A stretch of DNA of 64,000 nt from Planctomycetota bacterium (GTDB taxonomy: Bacteria > Planctomycetota > B15-G4 > SIAN01), in NCBI GenBank assembly GCA_016795285.1, contig JAEUIC010000030.1:148435-212434 (forward strand), given 5' to 3'. Position 1 is the first letter of the stretch, and the number at the start of each line of letters is the position of its first letter. The notes beneath the pieces were generated by a model. It saw only the letters and a list, made by a program, of their open reading frames with translations, was not told the origin of the DNA and did not search any database. A program made the translations under genes and the position numbers. Shown here in pieces: positions 38,454 through 47,547 of the stretch.

Positions 38454-41400
38454 GTGGCGGAAGAGCGCATCAAGGACGCAGGCGCGACCTTCTTCGACGT
38501 GAAGGCGATGAACCGCTGGTTCCTCGTTTCGGTGGCCGTGTTGACGGTCGCCTACGTCGCGTCGGTCGTGCAGGACCACGACCGGGAGTTCAAGGGCTAC
38601 CAGGGCCGCTTCTTCGAGATGGAGCGCGAGCTCGCCGTCCGCCAGGGCCGCGCGGCGTTCGACGCCGCGGGCGGCGAGAAGGTGATCGGCGACGGCGTCG
38701 ACACCGCGGGCGAGCTGCGCGACGAGATCGAGCGGCTGCGCCGGATGCGCGACGGCGACGAGCGGCGCCGTCCCGAGCTGGCGACGGCGCTGCACGACGC
38801 GCAGTTCCGGTTCGACGTGAAGAACGCCGAGATGAAGATGGCCAAGGCGCGCTTCGAGGCCGAGCGCTTCATCTACGAGGAGCTCGCCCACCACCTCGGC
38901 GAGCACGCGCTCGAGGCCCCCGAGACCGAGGAGGGGAAGGCGGCCTACGAGAAGTACCTCGACCTCAAGCGGACCTACGAGCAGCTCGACGAGGAGAACA
39001 AGCAGGCGGAGTCCGAGCGGGATGCGGCGCAGCAGGCGCTCGCCGCGCTCGACGCGCTGGACGGCGACGTGGCGGCCAAGCTCGTCGCTCTCGAGCGCGA
39101 CGTCGCTCGTCTCGAGAAGCGCGCCGACTCGTTCGACGCCGAGCGCGGCTTCACCAAGTTCCGCAACTCGATCTTCTTCAACTTCATGGCGCCGACGCTG
39201 ACGCCGCGGAAGATCGTCGTGAACGAGATCCTCGACGACCTGAACTTCCTGTCGGTCCCGAAGGTCGACATGTGCATCTCCTGCCACATGGCGAGCGACC
39301 GCTTCAAGGACTACCCCGCCGGCAACGCGCACGTCACCTTCGGCGACGAGAAGAACCCGCTGCTGAACGACGACGACAGCGGCGCGTTCCGCTCGCACAG
39401 CAAGCCCGAGCTCTTCTGCACGTCGCTCTCGCCCCACAACCAGGAGCGGTTCGGCTGCTCCGGCTGCCACGGCGGCGGCAACCAGCGCGTGGGGTTCGCC
39501 AAGACCTTCCACACGCCGAGCGACGCGCATGAGCGCGAGGTGTGGGAAGAGGAGCTCCACTGGCACCCGGTGCACGAGTGGGAATACCCCATGCTCGGCT
39601 CCCGGTTCCTCGAGGCGTCGTGCTACAAGTGCCACCAGGACGAAGTGCACATCCCGGGCGCCGAGAAGTGGAACCGCGGCCGCGACATCGTCTCGAAGCT
39701 CGGCTGCTTCGGCTGCCACAAGATGGAGCCGTTCGACGGCGTGCGCCGCACCGGCCCGCCGCTCGGCCACGTGACGTCGAAGTTCGCTGACCTCGACTTC
39801 ATGCTGAAGTGGGTCGACGAGCCGGCGTCGTTCCGGCCGTCCACGCCGATGCCCGCCTTCTTCCATCGCGAGAACCGCTCGATGGAGCCGGGGCGCGACG
39901 CGGCCGAGATCACCGCGCTGGTCACCTACCTCTACAACCTCTCCTCGCCGCAGCAGCTGAAGAGCTACCCCGGCAGCGGGGACGCGGCGAAGGGCAAGGT
40001 CCTCTTCGGCGAGTTCGGCGGCGTCGGCTGCATGGGTTGCCATGGCATCGACGACTTCCCGACCGACAAGCTCGGCGAGCTGCGCCACGGCCCGGAGCTG
40101 TCGGGGATCGGCAGCAAGGTCACGCCCGACTGGCTCTACACCTGGATCCTCGATCCGAAGAGCCTCTGGCCCGCGACGAACATGCCTGACCTGCGCCTCA
40201 CCGAGCAGGAGGCGGCCGACCTGGTCGCCTACCTGATGACGAGGCGCAACGTCGCCTTCGAGCAGAAGAGCTTCGCGAAGCCGGCCGACGACGCGCCGTT
40301 CGAGCAGATCCTGCTCGAGAAGCTGACCGAGCGGATGACCGCCGCGCGCGCCGCCGAGGAGATCGCGGCGATGAGCGGGCTCGAGAAGCGCCGCAAGGCG
40401 GGCGAGTACCTGCTGAACCACTACGGCTGCTTCGGCTGCCACGAGGTGCCGGGCTACGAGGACGCCAAGCCGATCGGCGCCGAACTGAACGGCTGGGGCA
40501 GCAAGCACGCCGACCGGCTCGACTTCGGCATGGTCGAGTTCGAGTGGAAGGACCCCGAGGTCGCCAAGTTCAATCGCGAGAGCTGGCTCGAGCAGAAGCT
40601 GAAGAACACCCGCTTCTACGATCGCGGCAAGGACAAGAAGCCGTTCGAGAAGCTGAAGATGCCGCAGTTCTCGCAGCTGACCGAAGGGATGTCGGACGCC
40701 GATCGCGACGCGGTGATGACCTTCGTGCTGTCGCTGGTGAAGGACAACACGGCGCCGTCGATCAAGCGGCAGCTCACCGCCGACGAGCAGGCGGTCGAGC
40801 GCGGCGCGCTGCTGGTGCGCGAGAAGAACTGCATCGGCTGCCACCTCCTCTACGGGGAGGGCGGCGAGATCCGCAACTTCCAGCTCGGCGACGAAGGCAA
40901 GGCGTACTACCCGCCGCTGCTCGATGGGCAGGGGGCACGGACGCAGCCGGCGTGGCTCACGTCGTTCCTGCACGACCCGGTGTTCGGCAAGGGCGACGGC
41001 GCGAAGGCGCACCTGCGGCCCTGGATGAAGGCGCGCATGCCGACGTTCGGCTTCACCCCGGCCGAGCTGAACGACGTGGTCGCCTACTTCGCGCACGAGA
41101 AGGTGTGGCACACGTCGACCGAGCGCGAGTTGTGGGACACGCTCGCCACGAAGTTCAGGAAGGACTTCCCTGGCTACGAAGAGGCGCAGCTGCGCAAGGC
41201 CGACCACACCAAGGTGAAGCTCTTCCACGACTTGGTGGCGCGCAACTACGAGCGGCAGGGCGGCGGCTTCACGTACGAGTCGGAGTATCCGTACGGCGCG
41301 CGGCCGCAGCCGCTCGTCGGGGACGACCTCGACAAGGCGCGCAACCTCTTCCAGAAGCTGCAGTGCGTGCTCTGCCACATGCCGGGCGGCGTGGTCCCGA

Positions 41401-41675
41401 CGGGCAAGTCGCCCGCCGACATGGCGCCCGACCTGAGCCTCGCCCGGGAGCGCCTCTCGCCGAACTGGGTGCGCCACTGGCTCGAGGTTCCGGAGGTCTA
41501 CCAGCCGGGCACGCGCATGCCGCCCTTCTGGAAGATCGAGGGCGGGGTGCGACCGTCGGTCGACCCCGACATCAACGACCCGGTCCGCGAAATGGACCTG
41601 CTGCGCGACTACCTCTTCTCCGACTCCTTCGCCGCGGACTACCAAGAGGTCGCCAAGAAGGCGCGGGGCGAGTGA
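38454..41675 (+). CDS. Membrane-anchored octahaem c-type cytochrome (1073 aa) of the bc-type complex
   Basis: AGGAG RBS and GTG start. One TM helix, a ~190-aa charged heptad-like region, then eight CxxCH motifs: CISCH, CSGCH, CYKCH, CFGCH, CMGCH, CFGCH, CIGCH, CVLCH. Confidence 0.85.
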   Translation: MAEERIKDAGATFFDVKAMNRWFLVSVAVLTVAYVASVVQDHDREFKGYQGRFFEMERELAVRQGRAAFDAAGGEKVIGDGVDTAGELRDEIERLRRMRDGDERRRPELATALHDAQFRFDVKNAEMKMAKARFEAERFIYEELAHHLGEHALEAPETEEGKAAYEKYLDLKRTYEQLDEENKQAESERDAAQQALAALDALDGDVAAKLVALERDVARLEKRADSFDAERGFTKFRNSIFFNFMAPTLTPRKIVVNEILDDLNFLSVPKVDMCISCHMASDRFKDYPAGNAHVTFGDEKNPLLNDDDSGAFRSHSKPELFCTSLSPHNQERFGCSGCHGGGNQRVGFAKTFHTPSDAHEREVWEEELHWHPVHEWEYPMLGSRFLEASCYKCHQDEVHIPGAEKWNRGRDIVSKLGCFGCHKMEPFDGVRRTGPPLGHVTSKFADLDFMLKWVDEPASFRPSTPMPAFFHRENRSMEPGRDAAEITALVTYLYNLSSPQQLKSYPGSGDAAKGKVLFGEFGGVGCMGCHGIDDFPTDKLGELRHGPELSGIGSKVTPDWLYTWILDPKSLWPATNMPDLRLTEQEAADLVAYLMTRRNVAFEQKSFAKPADDAPFEQILLEKLTERMTAARAAEEIAAMSGLEKRRKAGEYLLNHYGCFGCHEVPGYEDAKPIGAELNGWGSKHADRLDFGMVEFEWKDPEVAKFNRESWLEQKLKNTRFYDRGKDKKPFEKLKMPQFSQLTEGMSDADRDAVMTFVLSLVKDNTAPSIKRQLTADEQAVERGALLVREKNCIGCHLLYGEGGEIRNFQLGDEGKAYYPPLLDGQGARTQPAWLTSFLHDPVFGKGDGAKAHLRPWMKARMPTFGFTPAELNDVVAYFAHEKVWHTSTERELWDTLATKFRKDFPGYEEAQLRKADHTKVKLFHDLVARNYERQGGGFTYESEYPYGARPQPLVGDDLDKARNLFQKLQCVLCHMPGGVVPTGKSPADMAPDLSLARERLSPNWVRHWLEVPEVYQPGTRMPPFWKIEGGVRPSVDPDINDPVREMDLLRDYLFSDSFAADYQEVAKKARGE

Positions 41676-41731
41676 TTTGCGATGAGCTGCGGAGCTGAAT
41701 CGGCTCCTCACCTCCTCCTAGGAAATCGAAC

Positions 41732-42568
41732 ATGAAGCGAATGCACGACAAGACCCTCTGGATGCTCGCGCTCGGCATCGCCGGCGTCGCCATCAGCGCG
41801 GCGTGCGGCGGCGGCGAGTCCCGCAGCCGCAAATCCATCCGCGGTGGCGCGGAGAATCCGACGGCGGCGAATGCGCCCGCGGCCGGCGACGGTGCGGCGG
41901 CAGCCCAGAGCGGCGGCCTGAAGAAGGTCGATCCGGCCACGGCTGGCTCGATCACCGGCGTCGTCAAGTGGGACGGCGCGCGGCCGGCTCCCGAGGCTCT
42001 CGACCTGTCGGGCAACCCCGACTGCGCGAAGGCGGTGAAGGAGACCATCTACAAGGAAGACCTCGTCGTCAACGCCGACAACACCGTCGCGAACGCGCTG
42101 GTCTCCATCGACACGAACGACCGGTACGAGGTGCCCGCCGAGCCGGCGGTCGTCGACCAGGTCGGCTGCCGCTACATCCCGCACGTCTTCGCGCTGCAGG
42201 CCGGCCAGAAGCTGAAGATCAAGAGCTCCGACCCGACGCTGCACAACGTCCACTACATCCCGACGGGCGACGAGAACACCGAAGACAACTTCGCGATGCC
42301 GGCGCCCGGCGTTCGCGAGCGCACCTTCAACTCCGCCGACTGGATCAAGTTCAAGTGCGACGTGCACCCGTGGATGGGGGCGTGGGCGGCCGTGAAGACC
42401 CACCCGTTCTTCGCGGTCACCGGCACCGACGGCAAGTTCACCATCGCCAACGTCCCGGCCGGGACGCACACGCTCGTGCTGAAGCACGAGTCCCTCGGCG
42501 AGCAGACCGCGACCGTCACGGTCGAGGCCGGCAAGGTGGCCACCGCCGAGTTCACGCTGAAGAAGTGA
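41732..42568 (+). CDS. Lipoprotein with a cupredoxin-like (amicyanin-type loop) domain and a CarboxypepD_reg-like domain
   Basis: Lipobox LGIAGVAISAAC. Candidate type-1 Cu ligands are H in LHNVH and C-D-V-H-P-W-M (C-x2-H-x2-M). The C-terminus FFAVTGTDGKFTIANVPAGTHTLVL is a beta-sandwich. Confidence 0.6.
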   Translation: MKRMHDKTLWMLALGIAGVAISAACGGGESRSRKSIRGGAENPTAANAPAAGDGAAAAQSGGLKKVDPATAGSITGVVKWDGARPAPEALDLSGNPDCAKAVKETIYKEDLVVNADNTVANALVSIDTNDRYEVPAEPAVVDQVGCRYIPHVFALQAGQKLKIKSSDPTLHNVHYIPTGDENTEDNFAMPAPGVRERTFNSADWIKFKCDVHPWMGAWAAVKTHPFFAVTGTDGKFTIANVPAGTHTLVLKHESLGEQTATVTVEAGKVATAEFTLKK

Positions 42569-42579
42569 CGGACGCCCGT

Positions 42580-42618
42580 CCGGCCCGCGGCGCCGAGCGC
42601 GTCGCGGGCCGGTTGTTT
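42580..42618 (+). terminator. Rho-independent-type terminator/attenuator between the bc block and coxB
   Basis: CCGGCCCGCG(42580-42589)...CGCGGGCCGG(42603-42612) form a perfect 10-bp stem. The loop has an inner GCGC/GCGC pairing, and TTGTTT follows immediately. Confidence 0.5.
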
Positions 42619-42641
42619 GGAACGACGCCCCGGAGGCGCTC

Positions 42642-43487
42642 ATGCAGCAGGTTCGACCGCCCGAGTTCGGCGAAGCGTGGAAGTGGTGGCTCCCGCCGCA
42701 CTACTCCTCGTTCGGCGACGAAGTCGACACGCTCTTCCATTGGATCTTCTGGATCACGATGGTGACGTTCGTCGGCGTCGAGCTGGTGATGCTGTACTTC
42801 TGCTTCAAGTACAAGCGCAACCCGGCCCGCAAGGCGACCTACACCCACGGCAGCCACTCGCTCGAGGTGGCGTGGACGATCATCCCCGCGGTGATCCTCG
42901 TCGCGCTCGGCGTCGCCAGCACGAAGACGTGGGCGACCATCAAGAACCCGACCGACTCCGACTACCCGCAGGAGTTCCAGACGACGGTGAAGATCGTCGC
43001 CCAGCAGTTCGCGTGGAACGTCACCTACGCGGGTGACGACAAGACGCTCGGCACCGACGACGACTTCACCGAGACGAACATCCTGAACGTCCCGTTCGAG
43101 CCGATCGACGCCGAGGGCAACGCCACCACCGAGGAGAACGTCCGCGTGATGCTCACGTCGCAGGACGTGATCCACTCGCTCTTCATCCCGGTGCTGCGCG
43201 TGAAGCAGGACGCGGTGCCGGGCTACCTCGGCAACGTCTGGTTCGACGTGCAGCGCATGACGTCGCCCGGCCCCGACAAGAAGCACCTCACCGGCGACTC
43301 GCGCTACTCCGAGGACGGCCGCACCCTCATCGACTGGGAAGAGAGCTACGAGATCGCTTGCGCCGAGCTCTGCGGGCTCGGTCACTCGCAGATGCGCATG
43401 CAGCTGAAGGCCGTGCCGCGCGCCGACTGGGAGGCGTGGAGCCACACGAAGTCGGCCGCCGCCAAGGCGCGCGCCGCCGCCAAGTGA
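42642..43487 (+). CDS. coxB: Cytochrome c oxidase subunit II (CuA)
   Basis: GGAGG RBS. Two TM helices, DVIHSLFIPVLRVKQDAVPG and the CuA motif CAELCGLGHSQM. Confidence 0.9.
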   Translation: MQQVRPPEFGEAWKWWLPPHYSSFGDEVDTLFHWIFWITMVTFVGVELVMLYFCFKYKRNPARKATYTHGSHSLEVAWTIIPAVILVALGVASTKTWATIKNPTDSDYPQEFQTTVKIVAQQFAWNVTYAGDDKTLGTDDDFTETNILNVPFEPIDAEGNATTEENVRVMLTSQDVIHSLFIPVLRVKQDAVPGYLGNVWFDVQRMTSPGPDKKHLTGDSRYSEDGRTLIDWEESYEIACAELCGLGHSQMRMQLKAVPRADWEAWSHTKSAAAKARAAAK

Positions 43488-43541
43488 CCCCCCGTCCGCG
43501 CTGACCCGAAGAACGAACCAAACGGCTTGGAGCCGATCGAC

Positions 43542-45569
43542 ATGTCGACCACCGCCCCCGCCCCGGCCCACGCGGATCACGCCGCTGCCGGTCACGGCCA
43601 CCACGAGCTGCCGTTCCTCCGCAAGTGGGTCTTCTCGACCGACCACAAGGTGATCGGGCTGCAGTACCTGTTCTGCTGCCTCTTCACGCTGATGGTCGGC
43701 GGCCTGCTCGCGTTGATGGTCCGCTGGCAGATCGCCTACCCGGCCGGCGCCAAGCCGACCGAGGAGCAGGTGCAGGAGCTGCGTTCGCGCGGCCTCACCG
43801 GCGCCGAGCTCGACGCCGAGCTCGCGAAGATCGACAACGACCGTCCCTTCCCGATCCTCGGCGAGCTCTTGTGGGGCGAGCACCTCGAGCCGGAACTCGT
43901 CAACGCGGGCGAAGTCGGCGAGGCGGGCGTCTTCGGCAACAGCAACGGGATGATGCCGGCCGAGTGGTACAACGTCGCCTTCACGATGCACGCATCGGTG
44001 ATGATCTTCCTCGTCATCATCCCGATGCTCACCGGCGCCTTCGGCAACTGGGTCATCCCGCTGCAGCTCGGCGCCAAGGACATGGCCTTCCCGTTCCTGA
44101 ACGGACTCTCGTTCTGGACCTGGATCTGCGCGGTCCTGATCCTCTTCGCCAGCTTCTTCGTCGACCCGGCCGGCATCGGCGCCGGCGCCGGCTGGACCTC
44201 CTACCCGCCGTTGAGCGACGTCGTCACTCCGACGGCCGGACCCGGCCAGACGCTCTGGTGCATCGGCGTCATCATCGGCGGCACCTCATCGATCATGGGA
44301 TCGATGAACTACATCACCACGATCGTCAACCTGCGCGCGCCGGGGCTCTCGCTGTTCCGCATGCCGCTCACGACGTGGGCCGCGTTCATCACCTCGATCC
44401 TGCAGCTCTTCGCGACGCCGGTCCTCTCCTCGGCGATGGCGATGCTGCTCTTCGACCGGCACATGGGCACCAGCTTCTTCCTGCCGGAAGGGCTGATCTT
44501 CACCGGCGAGACCGTGCCGAATGCCGGCGGCGGCCAGGTGATCCTCTGGCAGCACATCTTCTGGTTCTATTCGCACCCCGCCGTCTACATCATGATCCTG
44601 CCGGCGATGGGGATCGTCTCCGACGTCATCGCCGTCTGGTCGCGCAAGCCGATCTTCGGCTACCGGCCGATGGTCTACTCCATGTCCGCGATCGCCGGCC
44701 TCGGCTTCGTGGTGTGGGGTCACCACATGTTCCAGTCGGGCATGAACCCGGTGCTCGGCACCACCTTCATGATCTCGACGATCATGATCGCGCTGCCGAG
44801 CGCGGTGAAGGTCTTCAACTGGCTCGGCACCTTGTGGGGCGGGCAGATCACCTTCTCGCCCGCGATGCTCTTCGCGCTCGGCTTCGTCTCGATGTTCGTG
44901 ATCGGCGGGTTGTCCGGCATCTACATGGCCAACGCGCCGTTCGACATCTTCATCCACGACACCTACTTCATCGTCGCGCACATCCACTACGTGCTCTTCA
45001 CCGGCTCGGTGATGGGCATCTTCTCGGGCATCTACCACTGGTTCCCGAAGATGTTCGCGCGCCACATGAACGACGCGTGGGGCAAGGTGCACTTCTGGCT
45101 GACGTTCATCTTCATGAACGGCGTCTTCTTCCCGATGCACATCATCGGGCTCGGCGGCTACCCGCGCCGCTACGCGAGCTTCCGCGGCTACGACTTCCTC
45201 GCGCCGTACGAAGGCATGAACGTCTTCATGACGTGGTGCGCCATCCTGCTCGGCTTGTCGCAGTTCATCTTCCTGGCCAACTTCTTCGGCAGCCTGCTGT
45301 TCGGCAAGAAGGCGACCAGCGACAACCCGTGGCACGCCAACTCGCTCGAGTGGTCGACGCAGACGCCGCCGCCGCACGGCAACTGGATCGGCCCGGTGCC
45401 GACCGTGTACCACGGTCCGTACGAGTACAGCAATCCCAACTGCAAGGAGGACTACGCTCCGCAGTGGATGCCGATGCAGACGATCTACGGCGGCTCGACG
45501 GCCGCGGCACCGGCCGCTCCGATCGTCGCGACGGGCGGCACGCCGCCCCCGCCGCACCCGGCCCACTGA
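43542..45569 (+). CDS. coxA: Cytochrome c oxidase subunit I (haem-copper oxidase, A-type features)
   Basis: WFYSHPAVYIMILP, VWGHHMF and HDTYFIVAHIHYVL. There is a long insert in the TM1-TM2 loop and a Pro/Ala-rich tail. The track's 43527 start is a TTG; ATG 43542 is preferred. Confidence 0.95.
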   Translation: MSTTAPAPAHADHAAAGHGHHELPFLRKWVFSTDHKVIGLQYLFCCLFTLMVGGLLALMVRWQIAYPAGAKPTEEQVQELRSRGLTGAELDAELAKIDNDRPFPILGELLWGEHLEPELVNAGEVGEAGVFGNSNGMMPAEWYNVAFTMHASVMIFLVIIPMLTGAFGNWVIPLQLGAKDMAFPFLNGLSFWTWICAVLILFASFFVDPAGIGAGAGWTSYPPLSDVVTPTAGPGQTLWCIGVIIGGTSSIMGSMNYITTIVNLRAPGLSLFRMPLTTWAAFITSILQLFATPVLSSAMAMLLFDRHMGTSFFLPEGLIFTGETVPNAGGGQVILWQHIFWFYSHPAVYIMILPAMGIVSDVIAVWSRKPIFGYRPMVYSMSAIAGLGFVVWGHHMFQSGMNPVLGTTFMISTIMIALPSAVKVFNWLGTLWGGQITFSPAMLFALGFVSMFVIGGLSGIYMANAPFDIFIHDTYFIVAHIHYVLFTGSVMGIFSGIYHWFPKMFARHMNDAWGKVHFWLTFIFMNGVFFPMHIIGLGGYPRRYASFRGYDFLAPYEGMNVFMTWCAILLGLSQFIFLANFFGSLLFGKKATSDNPWHANSLEWSTQTPPPHGNWIGPVPTVYHGPYEYSNPNCKEDYAPQWMPMQTIYGGSTAAAPAAPIVATGGTPPPPHPAH

Positions 45570-45596
45570 ACGGCAGCGCGATCGGCGCAGGGCAGC

Positions 45597-45624
45597 GCCC
45601 GGCCCGCGACGCGAGCGGCCGGGC
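45597..45624 (+). other. GC-rich stem-loop in the coxA-ctaA spacer (GCCCGGCC ... GGCCGGGC)
   Basis: Perfect 8-bp stem with a 12-nt loop that has an internal CGC/GCG pairing. No T-tract. It could be an attenuator or processing site. Confidence 0.25.
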
Positions 45625-45685
45625 CGATGCTCCCCGACGCATCCGCCTCGGAGGGGGAGGCGAGGCGCGGCGGGGCGAGAGGTAG

Positions 45686-46696
45686 ATGTCGTTGAACGCG
45701 AACGCCCCCTCCGCTGACCTGTCGGGCGAGCTCGATCGCTCCGGCGCCTCCGCTCGTCCGGAGGCCGCTCGGCCGCACCTCCCTGCGCGCCACCGCTTCG
45801 CCTGCCTCCACGTCGTCGCGACCTTCTGCCTGCTCGCGTTCGGCGCCTCGGTGACCAGCAACGACGCCGGGCTCGCGGTGCCCGACTGGCCAACCACCTA
45901 CGGCGACTTGAACCCGATCGCGCCGTACCTGCGCGGGTTGGTGAGCGGCCTGATCGCGCTGGAGCACAACCATCGCGTCTTCGGCATGGTGGTGGGGCTG
46001 CTGACGATCGTGCTGGCCACGTGGCTCTGGCGCACCGGCGAGACGACGACGCGCCGCCGGCTTGGCGCGTGGCTGCTGGCGCTGGTCTGCGTGCAGGGCG
46101 GGCTCGGCGGGCTCACGGTCCACATGAAGCTGCCCGCCGCCGTCTCGATCGCGCACGGCATGTTGGCGCAGACCTTCTTCTGCCTCTCGATCGTCACCGC
46201 GTGGCTGCTCTCGCGCGAGGCGCGCGACGCCGGCGAGGCGCGCCGCTCCGGGGCGCCGCTCGCGGCGCCGCCGTCGCTCGTGAAGGCGGCGCGCTTCGCC
46301 TTCGCCGTGATCTACCTGCAGCTCTTCTTCGGCGCGCTGGTGCGCCACACGGTCGCCAAGTCGCGCGTCCCGACCTTCGGCGACAGCGCGGTCGTGCTGC
46401 ACATGTGCTTCGCGCTCGTGGTCTTGATCGCGATCGGCCGCCTCGTCGCCACCACCAGCGCGGTCGAGCGGCTCGACGGGCGCCTCCTGCGGCCGGTCTT
46501 CGCGCTGGCTGGCCTCGTCTTCCTGCAGCTCCTGCTCGGCCTCCTCGCGGTGGCGACGCGCACCGATCCGCTGGTCACCGTGCTCCACGTCATCACCGGC
46601 GCGGCGCTGCTCGGCACCAGCTGCTTCGTGGTCGTCCGCACGCGCGCGCTGGCCGGCGGCGCCTCCGTCGAGACCGCCGCCGGGACCGCCGCATGA
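45686..46696 (+). CDS. ctaA: Haem A synthase (COX15/CtaA)
   Basis: SNDAGLAVPDWPTTYG, EHNHRVFGMVVG and paired His-containing helices (AHGMLAQ, LHVITGA); 8 TM helices. Confidence 0.85.
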   Translation: MSLNANAPSADLSGELDRSGASARPEAARPHLPARHRFACLHVVATFCLLAFGASVTSNDAGLAVPDWPTTYGDLNPIAPYLRGLVSGLIALEHNHRVFGMVVGLLTIVLATWLWRTGETTTRRRLGAWLLALVCVQGGLGGLTVHMKLPAAVSIAHGMLAQTFFCLSIVTAWLLSREARDAGEARRSGAPLAAPPSLVKAARFAFAVIYLQLFFGALVRHTVAKSRVPTFGDSAVVLHMCFALVVLIAIGRLVATTSAVERLDGRLLRPVFALAGLVFLQLLLGLLAVATRTDPLVTVLHVITGAALLGTSCFVVVRTRALAGGASVETAAGTAA

Positions 46697-47547
46697 GCGC
46701 GCCGTCGATGCGCGATCTCCTCGTGCTGACCAAGCCGCGCATCGTCGCGGCCGGCGCGCTCGCGGCGCTGGCGGGCTACCTCGCGCCGCTCGATCACGTG
46801 CGGCTGCTGCCGTTGCTCGAGGCGTTGGCGGCGATCGGCGGCATCACGGCGGCCGCCGGCATCCTGAACCAGGTGCTCGAGCGCGACATCGACGCCCGCA
46901 TGCCGCGCACCGCCGATCGGCCGCTGCCGGCCGGGCGCGTCGGCGTCCGGTTCGCGACGCTGCTCGGTTGCGTGCTGGCCGCGGCGAGCCTCGCCCTTTC
47001 GGCATGGCGCATCAACGGCCTCACGACGGCGCTGATGGTCTTCGCGTTCGTCAGCTACCTCTTCGTCTACACGCCGTTGAAGCGCCACACGACGCTGAAC
47101 ACCTTCGTCGGCGCGGTGCCGGGCGCGCTGCCGCCGGTGCTGGGCTGGACCGCCGCCACCGGCGATCTCGGCCGCGGCGCCTACGCCCTCTTCGCGATCA
47201 TGTTCCTCTGGCAGCTGCCGCACTTCCTCGCCATCGCGTGGCTCTACCGGCGCGACTACGAGTTGGGCGGCTTGAAGATGCTGCCGGAGCGCGATCCCGA
47301 CGGCGCCTTGGTGTCGCGCCAGATCTGCGTCCACGCCGTCTCGCTCTGCCTCGTCGCGCTGCTGCCGTTCCGCTTCCAGATGGCGGGGCCGGTCTACCTG
47401 GTCGGCTCGCTCGTGCTCGGCCTCGGCTTCGCCATCCCGGCGTTCCGCTTCTGGCGCGAGAGGAGCGACGCATTGGCGCGGCAGGTGATGCGCGCGTCGT
47501 TGATCTACCTCCCCGGCATCCTCTGCCTCCTGGCGCTCAAAGCATGA
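46693..47547 (+). CDS. ctaB: Protohaem IX farnesyltransferase (haem O synthase)
   Basis: The ATG overlaps the ctaA stop (ATGA). LTKPRIV, NQVLERDIDARMPRTADRPLPAG, FLWQLPHFLAIAW. Confidence 0.9.
   Translation: MSAPSMRDLLVLTKPRIVAAGALAALAGYLAPLDHVRLLPLLEALAAIGGITAAAGILNQVLERDIDARMPRTADRPLPAGRVGVRFATLLGCVLAAASLALSAWRINGLTTALMVFAFVSYLFVYTPLKRHTTLNTFVGAVPGALPPVLGWTAATGDLGRGAYALFAIMFLWQLPHFLAIAWLYRRDYELGGLKMLPERDPDGALVSRQICVHAVSLCLVALLPFRFQMAGPVYLVGSLVLGLGFAIPAFRFWRERSDALARQVMRASLIYLPGILCLLALKA

Noticed and set aside
38385-41711. 1108-aa minus-strand ORF
   Set aside because: It is antisense to the octahaem cytochrome c gene (eight CxxCH motifs on the plus strand). Its translation is a repetitive L/E/R/A/V pattern, mirroring the codon bias of the true gene.
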